A stretch of DNA of 64,000 nt from Clostridiales bacterium (GCA_017513085.1 JAFWDK010000019.1:64001-128000); one strand, 5' to 3'; counted from the first letter of the stretch, positions 29,913 through 40,026 are shown. Made by a program: numbers and translations. Notes: generated from the sequence alone by a model not told the origin.

Positions 29913-30148
29913 AAATACCTCCCTTAATCTTCTTCATGTCTGTTTGGAGCACCCAAACAGCAACACATCTAACCAAGGTCGGTATATTATAGATAAATCA
30001 CATGAAAGTAAAGTGGGTTTTGAAAACTTTTATCTTCTCAACAAATCCACGCGAGCCGAAGCAAAAAAATTCTGGCAAATACCCATGTAATTAAAAGTGT
30101 TTTTGACATTTATCGCATTTTGCAAGAATCAGACGACCGAAACCGATA

Positions 30149-31054
30149 TCATTCTTCAAGAGGAGGATTCTCTTCCTTATCTTCCTGTTTTGGAGCAATC
30201 TTCTTTCTCGGGCAGTCTTCTTTGCATTTCGGCTGCGGTTGCGGTGGATTCAGAAGAGTAACTTCCGATGCATCAAAGACCTCCATTTCAGTCTCCTCAT
30301 CCTTTTCAAAACGCACCGTCACACGTTCACGAAGCAGGTCCGAATACATGACCACACCGATACCATTCGGTGTCTTGACCTTCTTACCTACCTTCGGTAC
30401 ACGTTTATTCGCATCTTCGTACGCCGCCTCTTCATAAGAAAGGCAGCACATCAGACGACCACAGGTTCCGGTCAGCTTTGCCGGATTCATCGAAAGCCCC
30501 TGATCCTTGGCCATACGGATCGTAACCGGCAGGAACTGATCCAGATATGAACAGCAGCATAGTTCGCGTCCGCAGATACCTAATCCACCCACCATCTTCG
30601 CCTGCTCTCTCGAACCGATCTGACGAAGTTCGATCCTGGTACGGAAACAGGACGTAAGATCTTTGACCAATTCTCTAAAGTCGACACGTTTTTCAGCGGT
30701 GAAGTAGAACGTCAGCTTCTTGCCGTCAAACGTATAAACCGCCTCAACCAGCGTCATCGGCAGCTCTCTCTTCTCAATAAATTCCAGGCACTTGATAAAA
30801 GCACTTTGTTCGCGCTTTTTCTTCTCGGCATAGTGATCCATCTCTGTATCCGTCGCCATGCGAAGCACCGGAAGGATCGTCTCATCCAGTTTCTCATCCG
30901 GAAGATCAAAAGGCTCATCCACTACAAAAGCAATATCCTGTCCGAGTGCGGTATTGACCATGACCGCATCGCCAACCTTCAGTTTAAAATCACCTGCAAG
31001 GAAACGATAAGGTTTTCCCGCATCATGGAACCTCAAATTCACTACTTTAGCCAT
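30149..31054 (-). CDS. ricT: PSP1-domain protein RicT/YaaT
   Basis: RVDFRELVKDL, RIELRQIG, GICGRELCC and CGRLMCCL. Confidence 0.95.
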   Translation of the reverse strand: MAKVVNLRFHDAGKPYRFLAGDFKLKVGDAVMVNTALGQDIAFVVDEPFDLPDEKLDETILPVLRMATDTEMDHYAEKKKREQSAFIKCLEFIEKRELPMTLVEAVYTFDGKKLTFYFTAEKRVDFRELVKDLTSCFRTRIELRQIGSREQAKMVGGLGICGRELCCCSYLDQFLPVTIRMAKDQGLSMNPAKLTGTCGRLMCCLSYEEAAYEDANKRVPKVGKKVKTPNGIGVVMYSDLLRERVTVRFEKDEETEMEVFDASEVTLLNPPQPQPKCKEDCPRKKIAPKQEDKEENPPLEE

Positions 31055-32057
31055 TCATATACTCCTTTTTCAGCGCCAGAAGCATCTGGCAGACCAATAT
31101 CTCAAAATTTCCATTCGCGCGGAAAGCTTTTGCCGCCGTTGAAATCACTTTCGAACAGCGCTCGATCTGGCTCACGCGCAGCTTATTCTTCTTAATCACG
31201 CTCATCATCTTATCTTTTTTGCCCTCACCATGCAAGCACGGAGATTGAGGGGCAACGATCAGGATCGCCATCTCATCAAAGATCATATCCAGAAGAGCCA
31301 GCAGATCCGGGAAGTGTTCTTTTTCCTCTTCAAAGAACGTATATGTGTCGGTAAGAAGATCAGCTCTTGTTTTTTCCGACAAGGTCAATACAAGGTCCAT
31401 CACTTCCTCCCAGGCGTCCACCAGCCAGGTGGTCTCCATCAGCGACATCGCGTAACCGATGATTCCTCTTGAAAAGCGCGAATAGAGTTTGGCTTCCTCT
31501 TCGAGAATATCCGGATCCTTCTTACGCAGTACGGAATAGACTTCCTCATCCGTATTCGGCACCATACGTATAGACACCGTTCTGGATAACACCGTAGGAA
31601 GAAGTTTTGAATCGTCAGACACCGTCAAAAGGAAAACTACATGTTTCGGTGGCTCTTCCAAAGTCTTAAGAAGCGCATTCTGCCCTTCTTCCGCTAATCC
31701 GTCCGCATCGATCAGATAAACTTTCCGTTCCGCGATCTGAGAAAGAATACCTACATCGGAAAGGATCCTGGATCGTACATCAGCCACCTTGATATTCTTC
31801 TCCCCGTCAGGAAGCAGCAACTCCCTATAGTCGGGATGAGTATGTTCACGCATGTATATGCAGTTCGGGCATGTCCCGCAACCGCCATCCTTGGTAGGAT
31901 GGCTGCAAAGAAGTCCTTTGGCAAATTCTCTGGCCAAAGTCTTCTTGCCGATCCCGGAAGGACCTACGAATAAAAAAGCATGCCCCGGTTCACCAAGAAG
32001 GGAGTTTCCGAGGCGTGTCTTAGCATCAATTTGTCCGGTCAGTTCAGAAAATGCCAT
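31047..32057 (-). CDS. holB: DNA polymerase III delta-prime subunit
   Basis: HAFLFVGPSGIGK, Zn motif CGTCPNC, HPD and QNALLKTLEEPP; conserved gene context. Confidence 0.93.
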   Translation of the reverse strand: MAFSELTGQIDAKTRLGNSLLGEPGHAFLFVGPSGIGKKTLAREFAKGLLCSHPTKDGGCGTCPNCIYMREHTHPDYRELLLPDGEKNIKVADVRSRILSDVGILSQIAERKVYLIDADGLAEEGQNALLKTLEEPPKHVVFLLTVSDDSKLLPTVLSRTVSIRMVPNTDEEVYSVLRKKDPDILEEEAKLYSRFSRGIIGYAMSLMETTWLVDAWEEVMDLVLTLSEKTRADLLTDTYTFFEEEKEHFPDLLALLDMIFDEMAILIVAPQSPCLHGEGKKDKMMSVIKKNKLRVSQIERCSKVISTAAKAFRANGNFEILVCQMLLALKKEYMNG

Positions 32058-32060
32058 AGC

Positions 32061-32390
32061 TTACATCTTCTCGAAGTGTTCGACGTTGACCACGAACACG
32101 GTTGCGCCGCCTACTGTAACATCGACCGGGTACGGCACATAAGAGCCGCCCATGGCAGAAGGCGTAATATTGGTATTGATCGCTGATTGTCTGCTGGAAG
32201 AATACTTACGGATCAGATCAAGGACTTCCTGCTGCTTCTCAGCCTCCACAACGATCATCAGGGTCGTGTTTCCGGAACGGAGAAATCCACCTGAAGAATT
32301 CAGTTTAGTCACACGGAAACCTGCTTTATTCAACTCCGCCATCAGACGGGGTGTATCCTCATCATGTACAATCGCGAATACCAGTTTCAT
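32061..32390 (-). CDS. darA: Cyclic-di-AMP receptor DarA/PstA (PII-like)
   Basis: MKLVFAIVHDED, TKLNSSGGFLRSGNTT and VGGATVFV. Confidence 0.93.
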   Translation of the reverse strand: MKLVFAIVHDEDTPRLMAELNKAGFRVTKLNSSGGFLRSGNTTLMIVVEAEKQQEVLDLIRKYSSSRQSAINTNITPSAMGGSYVPYPVDVTVGGATVFVVNVEHFEKM

Positions 32391-33010
32391 CGTCCTAATA
32401 CCTCCCATACAGCAAGACGCACCTTGCGGTAAATCTCGTCAGGCGCATCCATCGCACTGATACACTGTATCCTTTTCTCACTCTTTGCCAGTTCGAGATA
32501 ACCATCCCGAACTTTCTTCATGAAGGCGAGTCCCTCAGCTTCCAGCCGGTCTTCCGCACCTTCTCTTCCGTTTCTCCGACGGTAGGCCTCTTCTTCCGAA
32601 AGATCGAAAAGAAACGTGATATCCGGCGCCAGGCCTGCCGTACTCCAACGATTCAGATAATCGATGGCGGACAGTTCCAAGCCTCTGGCATATCCCTGAT
32701 AGGCAACTGTCGAATCATAGAAACGGTCACAGATCACGACCGTGCCTTTTTCAAGCTCCGGTCTGATCTTCTCTTCTACGATCTGCGCACGCGCTGCTTC
32801 ATAAAGCAGGAGCTCCGTACGCGCATGCATCTTGCTGTTCGCTTTATCCAGAAGGATCGTACGGATCTTCTCCCCGATACCGGTCGCTCCGGGTTCACGG
32901 ATCAGAATGTACGGGATCCCTTCTTTTCGGAGATCATTCGAAAGCATCTCGATCTGCGTAGATTTTCCGGAACCATCGATTCCTTCAAAGGTAACGAACA
33001 AACCCTTCAT
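32387..33010 (-). CDS. tmk: Thymidylate kinase
   Basis: FEGIDGSGKST, REPG and DRFYDS. Confidence 0.97.
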   Translation of the reverse strand: MKGLFVTFEGIDGSGKSTQIEMLSNDLRKEGIPYILIREPGATGIGEKIRTILLDKANSKMHARTELLLYEAARAQIVEEKIRPELEKGTVVICDRFYDSTVAYQGYARGLELSAIDYLNRWSTAGLAPDITFLFDLSEEEAYRRRNGREGAEDRLEAEGLAFMKKVRDGYLELAKSEKRIQCISAMDAPDEIYRKVRLAVWEVLGR

Positions 33011-33058
33011 GCTTTCCTTACGACCTCCTTTAACCTTTACAAATATTATATAACATAA

Positions 33059-33559
33059 TCAGTCTAACTTCACAGAATGGATGCTGGCAATTTCCAACCA
33101 GATATCCTTTTCGATCCGCTCGTTATCCTTCTTGATATCTTCGAGCGTTTCTTCCGCAGGACGACGCGGTGCACGGTTCCAGTTCTTACGGGAACGTCCC
33201 TCGCCCTCCCGGTTTTCTCTATGCTCCTGATTATTGCGGTCGTAATCTCTCTTATTGGAGCGGTACTCCCGTCTCTCCTGATTTCTTTCCGCATTCTTCT
33301 CGGAATTTCTCTCCGGATTTCTGGCTCTGTTCTCAGAACGTCTCTCTTCTTTATCCTTCGGCGCTCCGTTCTCATTTTCGTTTCCGGAACGGTTATTGTT
33401 ACGGTATCCGCCATTACGGTTCTGACTATTTCCGTGATTGCCCGGCTTTCTTCTTCTGTTTCTGTTTCCACCGTTACCACTTCTCGGCGCCTGATTTCCC
33501 CCGGTCGCAGAGACTGCCTGATTCTGATGATTCGGCTTATTGTTTTCTTGCTCGGCCAT
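33059..33559 (-). CDS. N/R/E-rich disordered protein with short helical C-terminus
   Basis: GGAGG RBS; C-terminal ETLEDIKKDNERIEKDIWLEIASI helix. Confidence 0.7.
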   Translation of the reverse strand: MAEQENNKPNHQNQAVSATGGNQAPRSGNGGNRNRRRKPGNHGNSQNRNGGYRNNNRSGNENENGAPKDKEERRSENRARNPERNSEKNAERNQERREYRSNKRDYDRNNQEHRENREGEGRSRKNWNRAPRRPAEETLEDIKKDNERIEKDIWLEIASIHSVKLD

Positions 33560-33622
33560 TCTTTTCCTCCCATCATCTAAAACGGATTGAACATCTTTAT
33601 TATATCGGTTTTCGGCTTTCTA

Positions 33623-34093
33623 TCAACTGTCAATGTCAGACAAGGGTCCGAAGTACCTGACCTCTTTGCTCCATTTTTCAGGGATCGTCTCCTCTCCCCG
33701 GAGGAATCCGAGCGGCACCTGAACAAAGCCTCTCTCCTCCATGCGCGGATGCGGCACCGTCAGTCTCTTGGTATCGATCCTCTCCTGTCCGTAGGTCAGA
33801 ATATCCAGATCGATCGTTCTTGGCCCCCAATGGATCTTCCTTACACGGTGAAGCGCACTCTCGATCTTCTGACACAAGTCCAGAAGCGCCACCGGCGAAA
33901 GTGAAGTCTCAAGTCTCACACAAATATTCAAAAAAGGATCCTGTTCCGTATACCCGACCGGATCCGTCTCAAAAACCGGAGAACACTTCACATTTGAAAT
34001 CTTCGGATCTTCCCTGAGCATCCGGACGGCTTTTGTAAGATTATCCATCCGGTCTCCCATATTGCTTCCCAAAGAAAGAAACGCTTCTGTCAT
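33623..34093 (-). CDS. folK: 2-amino-4-hydroxy-6-hydroxymethyldihydropteridine pyrophosphokinase
   Basis: LSLGSNMG, WGPRTIDLDIL and VPHP. Confidence 0.96.
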   Translation of the reverse strand: MTEAFLSLGSNMGDRMDNLTKAVRMLREDPKISNVKCSPVFETDPVGYTEQDPFLNICVRLETSLSPVALLDLCQKIESALHRVRKIHWGPRTIDLDILTYGQERIDTKRLTVPHPRMEERGFVQVPLGFLRGEETIPEKWSKEVRYFGPLSDIDS

Positions 34094-34470
34094 GCTCGTC
34101 CCTCCAAGTCATTGCGGGATCTCGTGATCTCCACACCCATGGATTCAAAATCGCCCTTGATTGGTGCAAGTGGTTTTTCAATCTTCACCGTGATCTTTTC
34201 CACTTCGGCAAAAGCACTCATCACATTCTTCATGATTTCTCCGGCCATGTATTCGATCAGATCACACTGCATGGGCTCCACCGTGTTTTTCACGATCTCA
34301 TAGACCTTACTGTAATCGATGGTATCCTCGAGTTTGTCTGTCTTCCACGCCGGGATCGACGGAACAAAAAGAATAAGAGAAACCACAAACGTCTGTCCAT
34401 TTTTCTTCTCTTCTTCCAAAACCCCGCTATGGCTATTGAAGCGCATCGCATTCATGAGAATCTTATCCAT
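34090..34470 (-). CDS. folB: Dihydroneopterin aldolase
   Basis: HSGVLEEEK..GQ.F, TIDYS and KP.API. Confidence 0.93.
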   Translation of the reverse strand: MDKILMNAMRFNSHSGVLEEEKKNGQTFVVSLILFVPSIPAWKTDKLEDTIDYSKVYEIVKNTVEPMQCDLIEYMAGEIMKNVMSAFAEVEKITVKIEKPLAPIKGDFESMGVEITRSRNDLEGRA

Positions 34471-34474
34471 CGTC

Positions 34475-35344
34475 TTATCCTTCCATTGCCTTCCACATGG
34501 TCAATGCCTGTGCCGTGCCACGCACATCGTGAACGCGCACGGAAGCGGCATGTTCCTTCGCACAGTAACAGGAAACTGCTATCGTTGCTGCGTCCCGGTC
34601 TTCAACCGGCACTCCACCTAATGTCGCGCCGATGAAACGCTTCCGTGAAGCGCCGATCAGCATGGGATATCCTTTATTTGAGAAACAGGAAATGCTTCTG
34701 ACAAAATCGATCGATTCATCGGTCTGTGTTCCGAATCCGATTCCAGGATCGAAAAGGATCGATTGGATCGGGATCCCCGCACGGATCGCCCGCTCCAGTC
34801 CTTTTTCAAAGAAATCCTCGCATTTTTCCCGGATCGTGCCCTCACCGGAAAAGATATCCGGACGCGTATAGTTCGCCATCAGGACAAGTCCGGCATGGTT
34901 GTCGGCTACGACTTTCGCCATATCCGGATCATACATAAGTCCCCAAACATCGTTTATGATAGATGCTCCAAAAGCAAGCGCCTCCCGGGCTGTCTTGCTT
35001 TTATAGGTATCCACGGAGATCGGAACCGACACATGCTGTGCGATCAGCTTCAAAGCAGGGATCAGGCGGGACAGTTCTTCGTCCGCCGAAATCGGCTCCG
35101 CCCCGGGTCTTGTCGATTCGGCGCCAATGTCAATGATATCCGCGCCATCCTTTTCCATCTGGATCGCTCTGGCCAGAGCCTGTTCCGGAACGAAGAAATT
35201 CCCTCCGTCAGAAAAAGAATCCATCGTGACATTCAAAATACCCATTACAAGCGGACGTTCCCGGAAGGAAAGCACCTTGTCACGGAAACACCATTCTTTC
35301 TTGCCGGCATTATCGATCAGTTGTTTTCTCAGTTCGTCTGTCAT
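34475..35344 (-). CDS. folP: Dihydropteroate synthase
   Basis: MGILNVTMDSFSDGG, ESTRPG, DPGIGF, SRKRF and RVHDV. Confidence 0.96.
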   Translation of the reverse strand: MTDELRKQLIDNAGKKEWCFRDKVLSFRERPLVMGILNVTMDSFSDGGNFFVPEQALARAIQMEKDGADIIDIGAESTRPGAEPISADEELSRLIPALKLIAQHVSVPISVDTYKSKTAREALAFGASIINDVWGLMYDPDMAKVVADNHAGLVLMANYTRPDIFSGEGTIREKCEDFFEKGLERAIRAGIPIQSILFDPGIGFGTQTDESIDFVRSISCFSNKGYPMLIGASRKRFIGATLGGVPVEDRDAATIAVSCYCAKEHAASVRVHDVRGTAQALTMWKAMEG

Positions 35345-35363
35345 GCTCGTCCTCAGCTGCTCC

Positions 35364-35987
35364 TCAGATTACATTTCTCGGGCGGTTGATCAGTGCCAGT
35401 GCCTCGGATCTCGTTCTTGCATCCGAGCGGCATCCTCCACGCATTGCAGACGTTACCGTCTTGGAACCCGGCTTACGGATACCGCGCATCGTCATGCAAA
35501 GGTGCTCCGCCTCGATCACCACGCAGACGGAAAGCGCATCGACAGCCTCCTGGATCGTATCCGCAATCTCTGAAGTAAGTCTCTCCTGCAACTGTGGCTT
35601 GCGCGAAAGCGTGTCCACGATCCTGGCAACTTTGGAAAGGCCGAGGATCTTACCGTTTCTCGGTACATACACAACATGTGCTTTGCCATGGAACGGAAGC
35701 AGGTGATGCTCACACATAGAATAAAAAGGAATATCTCCGATCAGGATCATCTCGTCGTTGCCGGTTTCCGTAAATACCTTGACGTCTTTACTGATGTCAC
35801 GATGCAATCCGGAAAACACTTCACCATACATTCTGGCTACACGGTTCGGCGTCTCCTTGAGTCCTTCACGGTCCGGGTCTTCGCCCACCGCAATCAGGAT
35901 CTCTCTGACCGCCTTCTCTATACGCTCCAGATCCATGCCCTTCCGGCTTTCTTCCGGCACACGGAAATCATCATCATACACACTCAT
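35364..35987 (-). CDS. folE: GTP cyclohydrolase I
   Basis: [24 protein letters not shown] and HLCM. Confidence 0.97.
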   Translation of the reverse strand: MSVYDDDFRVPEESRKGMDLERIEKAVREILIAVGEDPDREGLKETPNRVARMYGEVFSGLHRDISKDVKVFTETGNDEMILIGDIPFYSMCEHHLLPFHGKAHVVYVPRNGKILGLSKVARIVDTLSRKPQLQERLTSEIADTIQEAVDALSVCVVIEAEHLCMTMRGIRKPGSKTVTSAMRGGCRSDARTRSEALALINRPRNVI

Positions 35988-35999
35988 TTTTTCTTCTCC

Positions 36000-36995
36000 T
36001 CAAACTCCATATTGATGCCTGTATTCCATCGGGGTCATCCCCTTCTGTTTGCGAAATGCCACATTGAATCGCTGCGGACTCGAAAAACCGACCTGCGTCG
36101 CAATACCACTGACCTTGATCTCTTTCTGGGTAAGAAGCCGGCAGGCGGCCTCGATCCGGATCTGCATAAGATAATTCATCGGACTGATACCGAATTCATC
36201 GCGAAAAGCTCTGGTGAAATATCCTTGGCTCAAGAAGACATATGAAGCCGTCTCCGCCACGGTCACGCCACGCTCATAATTCTCATCGAGATAGTCACGG
36301 GCGATCAAGACCAGTTCTCTTGCCTTGCCGTTTTTCACACGGAGGCTCTCCTCCCACTCTTCCCGAAGCGCGCGAGACAAAGTGATCAGAAGTTCCATCG
36401 TCAAGAACTGCATCATCATATCTTTGGCATAAGCATCCTGACGGCTTTCCTGCATGATCCGCTCTGCCAGCGTACCGATCGCCGTACGGCTTTTGCCCGA
36501 AATGATCAGATATGACGTATCGATCTTGGTATCCTTTTCACCCTGGGCAAAATCCAGGAAATATTCCAAAGGAAGCTGGGAAACATTTTCCTGAAGGAAA
36601 GGAACCGTAGGTCCGCCCTTCAGCCTTCCGTTATCCATCGGCTGAGACTCCTTCGGCTTCGAAAGCAAAGCTTCCTGTGCTTTTTGAATATCAGAAGAAA
36701 AACCGAAATACAGAACGACCATGTCTGCCGGGCCTTCCAGTACCCGGACAGAGTGTGTCACCTGCGGACGGATCACCAATGTGGAACCCTTCGTTACCAG
36801 GACGGTCTTTCCATTGATGTTGAATTCGCACTTTCCTCTTCTTAGATACATCAGCTCGTGGGAGGTATGTCTACTGGCAGTCGGGAAAGGCGTAGAGGTC
36901 TCGTAACAGTGTTCCACACCTTCAAACACTACGGGAATCGAGCCGGAAAACTCAAGAAGACTCTTCTCAAATGCCGGTAACAGATCTTCTACCAT
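36000..36995 (-). CDS. AraC-family regulator with cupin sensor domain
   Basis: H.SHE...H cupin motif; C-terminal double HTH (YFTRAFR, GFSSPQRF, TPMEYR). Confidence 0.92.
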   Translation of the reverse strand: MVEDLLPAFEKSLLEFSGSIPVVFEGVEHCYETSTPFPTASRHTSHELMYLRRGKCEFNINGKTVLVTKGSTLVIRPQVTHSVRVLEGPADMVVLYFGFSSDIQKAQEALLSKPKESQPMDNGRLKGGPTVPFLQENVSQLPLEYFLDFAQGEKDTKIDTSYLIISGKSRTAIGTLAERIMQESRQDAYAKDMMMQFLTMELLITLSRALREEWEESLRVKNGKARELVLIARDYLDENYERGVTVAETASYVFLSQGYFTRAFRDEFGISPMNYLMQIRIEAACRLLTQKEIKVSGIATQVGFSSPQRFNVAFRKQKGMTPMEYRHQYGV

Positions 36996-37013
36996 GTTGT
37001 ACCTCCTGATCGT

Positions 37014-39500
37014 TTATGTTAAAAAGCGGATATTGTCTATATAGATTGCGCCTGAGCGCTGTCTGTCAAAAATCGTGAAGCGAAGGTCACTGATCTCCAT
37101 CTCATCGAAAGACGACCAGTTCAGGGTGATCGTCTGCCAGCGGAGCCCGATCGCGATCGTGGCCTCACCGCGGAAGCCGGTGATCTGCATGGTCTTCTCT
37201 GCCTGATCCGGATTAAAGACATCCAGACAGATCCTTCTGGCTTTGGAGAAGCGCAGCGGCGCCATGCAGGACGCATAGGAAAGCACCGGTCCGAAAGACA
37301 AAAGACTGTTCTCGGTCTCATATTCGATACGAAGAGAAGCCGCACCCTGGGTCTTGTTCATGACCTCACGGAAGATCTCGGCCTTTCCTTTCGTCACCTG
37401 ATATGTCGGTAGTTTTTCAAAATCACTATCCCAGGTTCTCTTTCCGATAAAAGACAGGTCTTCGCATGCGGCAAATGTCAGGTCCGGGCAATACTCGGAC
37501 GGGATGCGGTCGAAGCGGAACGGAAGCACCGGAATATCGATACGGTTACGGAATGTAGCCTGATGCGGGATCGGGCTGTATCCGTATGTAACGCCTACCG
37601 GGTTCTCGATCTCATCGTTCCATACCATAACGCGTACGCCATGCAGTATACGAGCCTGAGCCGGAACATACACGCGGCTTTCGTCGCAAATAGCAAAACC
37701 GCGAAGGATCGCTTCGTTTTCGGCAAGACGCAGACCGTCGACTGTATTATCAAAAGAAAGCATGATCTTGTTTCCGATCACTTCCACACCGACACACTCC
37801 GGCGAGGAAGAAGGCATCTTCGGGGTAAAGTGCAATCCTAACGCGATGCAGGAAAGTCTTCTTCCCAAAGCAAAGGATACAGCTTTATCGGTAAGCAGCA
37901 TATCGTGCTGGCTCAAGATTCCGATCGGCATCGGGAAACTTCTCCTGATCGCCGAAAGGCGTTCATTAAACTCCACATGCTGATACGGTTTTTCCGGATC
38001 GATTGCATCCGGATGCAGTCCCAGTATGATAAAAGACGGTACCTGAAGCTTATCTTCGATCTCACGCGGACCAAACACACGAGCCAGATCGATCAGAAGC
38101 TGTCTGACCATCGGCACATATTCTTTTCCGATCTGTGCATCCGAAGCATCAGGAGCAAACACGATACCACGGATACTGCTGTCACAAAGCGGTGCCAGTT
38201 TATGGTTATACAGTACGGACATCAGATCCTCCGGTCCCACAAGTGGCCGGTGGCTGGCTTCCGACACAAGAGTCTCATCTTCAACTTCAGCCTTCTGAAG
38301 AATAGATGAGATCAGGTCATGGTTGCTCTTGATCTCTCTGGCCACTTCCTCATCCGGGAATTGGAGAGGCTTCTCATCCTTCTTGTCCGGATCCGTTTCT
38401 GTATCTTCCAGAGGAGCTTCATAATCCAATTCAGTCCCGGCTTTTCCGTTATCCTCAGACTCTTCACTCTTCTCAGCCTCCTCGGACTTCTCGTCAGCTG
38501 TGTTCTCAGCTGCGTTTTCTTCCGTCTTTTCGTTCTCGTCTTCAGACGAATCTTCTTCAGATTTCTTATCCGGCAGTCCGCCCTGATCGTCTTCAAAAGC
38601 AAGCGCGCCTTCCGGATCGATCGGTACCTCGCAAGTTTCCTCATCTTCGAAAACAAAGGATTCCTCACTTGTTGCCTCACCGTCTTCATCCGACTTTGTA
38701 TTGTCTTTCAGAAGGCTGCCTGAAAGGATCGCGTTCTTCTTCTCCTTCAGACGGAGCACATTGGCGCGGAAACCTTCCACATCAAAATACAGATTGCGTT
38801 CGGAAAGATAATTCTTAATGACTTCGCTACTGTCCACACCATCATGTGAAAGCCAACGGTAGATCGGCGCATACTCTTCCGCCAGATCCAGGATACCTAC
38901 CGGATAGTGCAGTTGTTCAGCCAGATGATATGCAAAGGAAAAAGCAACTGATGAAACTCTGGCCAACTCTCTGGTATCACGGATGCGGATCCAGTTGTTC
39001 TGCTGTTGCATGAAGATCGGCTCATACGAGAGTTTCTCGATATCTTTTAAAGCATTTCTCTCCGGTGTATAAAAACGGATCAGCGGCATAACCTGCTTCT
39101 TGAGCGGCGTTCTCGGCGCTGCGCTCTCAGCGATCGATGTTCCGAAAGGCTTTCCACCGAACATGACCCATACGTCACCGCATCGGCAGTCTTCGATCGT
39201 CAGTTTATTGGTCAGAGACCGGAATTCTAAAGTATAGGCGTCCGTGGAAGACCGGTACGGCGGCATCTCAAATTGGAAACTGCCGTCTTCTTCCGATGTG
39301 GTCTCCAGGCTCAGGATAACACCATAGTCTGTATCCAGCTTGGATACTTTACGTCCATCCGTAGGATCCTTCTTAACTTCCAAAGTTACCGGAACATTCG
39401 GTTTTCCAACCTCTCCGCGAAGTTTTACAGGTACGCCCTGCTGAAAGACCATACCCGGTGAGATCCACGAAGGAAGACGTATATCATTCGTTTGCGTCAT
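37014..39500 (-). CDS. Sialate O-acetylesterase-like protein lacking catalytic motifs, with acidic insert
   Basis: Family landmarks GMVFQQ, GDVW, SSVAFSFA..L...L.YPVGI, GFAI and PVLPFR present. Confidence 0.7.
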   Translation of the reverse strand: MTQTNDIRLPSWISPGMVFQQGVPVKLRGEVGKPNVPVTLEVKKDPTDGRKVSKLDTDYGVILSLETTSEEDGSFQFEMPPYRSSTDAYTLEFRSLTNKLTIEDCRCGDVWVMFGGKPFGTSIAESAAPRTPLKKQVMPLIRFYTPERNALKDIEKLSYEPIFMQQQNNWIRIRDTRELARVSSVAFSFAYHLAEQLHYPVGILDLAEEYAPIYRWLSHDGVDSSEVIKNYLSERNLYFDVEGFRANVLRLKEKKNAILSGSLLKDNTKSDEDGEATSEESFVFEDEETCEVPIDPEGALAFEDDQGGLPDKKSEEDSSEDENEKTEENAAENTADEKSEEAEKSEESEDNGKAGTELDYEAPLEDTETDPDKKDEKPLQFPDEEVAREIKSNHDLISSILQKAEVEDETLVSEASHRPLVGPEDLMSVLYNHKLAPLCDSSIRGIVFAPDASDAQIGKEYVPMVRQLLIDLARVFGPREIEDKLQVPSFIILGLHPDAIDPEKPYQHVEFNERLSAIRRSFPMPIGILSQHDMLLTDKAVSFALGRRLSCIALGLHFTPKMPSSSPECVGVEVIGNKIMLSFDNTVDGLRLAENEAILRGFAICDESRVYVPAQARILHGVRVMVWNDEIENPVGVTYGYSPIPHQATFRNRIDIPVLPFRFDRIPSEYCPDLTFAACEDLSFIGKRTWDSDFEKLPTYQVTKGKAEIFREVMNKTQGAASLRIEYETENSLLSFGPVLSYASCMAPLRFSKARRICLDVFNPDQAEKTMQITGFRGEATIAIGLRWQTITLNWSSFDEMEISDLRFTIFDRQRSGAIYIDNIRFLT

Positions 39501-39744
39501 AGTTTTGACACCTTTCCAAAATTACACATATCTATTCTATCTTACCTATTATACGACAACTTTTCCAAACTTGCCCGAATTTCCTGAAGAATACTTAGAA
39601 TATGCAAAGAAATCATATTCTGAAATCTATGTTCGCCCCGGCAGTGCTTTTTACGCCAAGAATATTTAAATAATCTTTAGTTTCAAAAAGCCAGGAAGTA
39701 CAATCCAAGTGCATGGTATTTCCGGGGGGTGAGGAGGTGAATAA

Positions 39745-40026
39745 GTGGAAGATATCGTGTGTATGGGGAGAGTCTTGCGAACTCTTCGCCGGGCACGAGA
39801 ATTATCCCAGGTCGAAATCGCATTAAAGGCAGAACTGAACCTGTCTTACTACAGCCGGATTGAACGTGGGGAAGCCAATCCGACGATAAAAACAGTATTA
39901 AAGATCTTAGCCACATTGGACGTGCCGTATGAAGACTACTGGGGTATGGTCTCGCTCGAAAAGCAGCACTTTAATGCTGATCCGCTAACTGACGAAGATC
40001 ACGGGTCAGAAGATGTCCGGAAATAG
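39745..40026 (+). CDS. XRE-family HTH regulator
   Basis: LRTLRRARELSQ...YYSRIERGEANPTIKT; strong GGAGGTGA RBS with a GTG start. Confidence 0.88.
   Translation: MEDIVCMGRVLRTLRRARELSQVEIALKAELNLSYYSRIERGEANPTIKTVLKILATLDVPYEDYWGMVSLEKQHFNADPLTDEDHGSEDVRK

Noticed and set aside
33070-33660. Several overlapping open frames on both strands over the disordered-protein gene
   Set aside because: Low-complexity, purine-rich sequence depletes stop codons; only 33059-33559 has a well-placed RBS and a plausible ordered tail.
39745-40026. XRE gene as a restriction-modification controller, antitoxin or prophage repressor
   Set aside because: No methylase, nuclease, toxin or phage gene is adjacent; treated as an orphan regulator.
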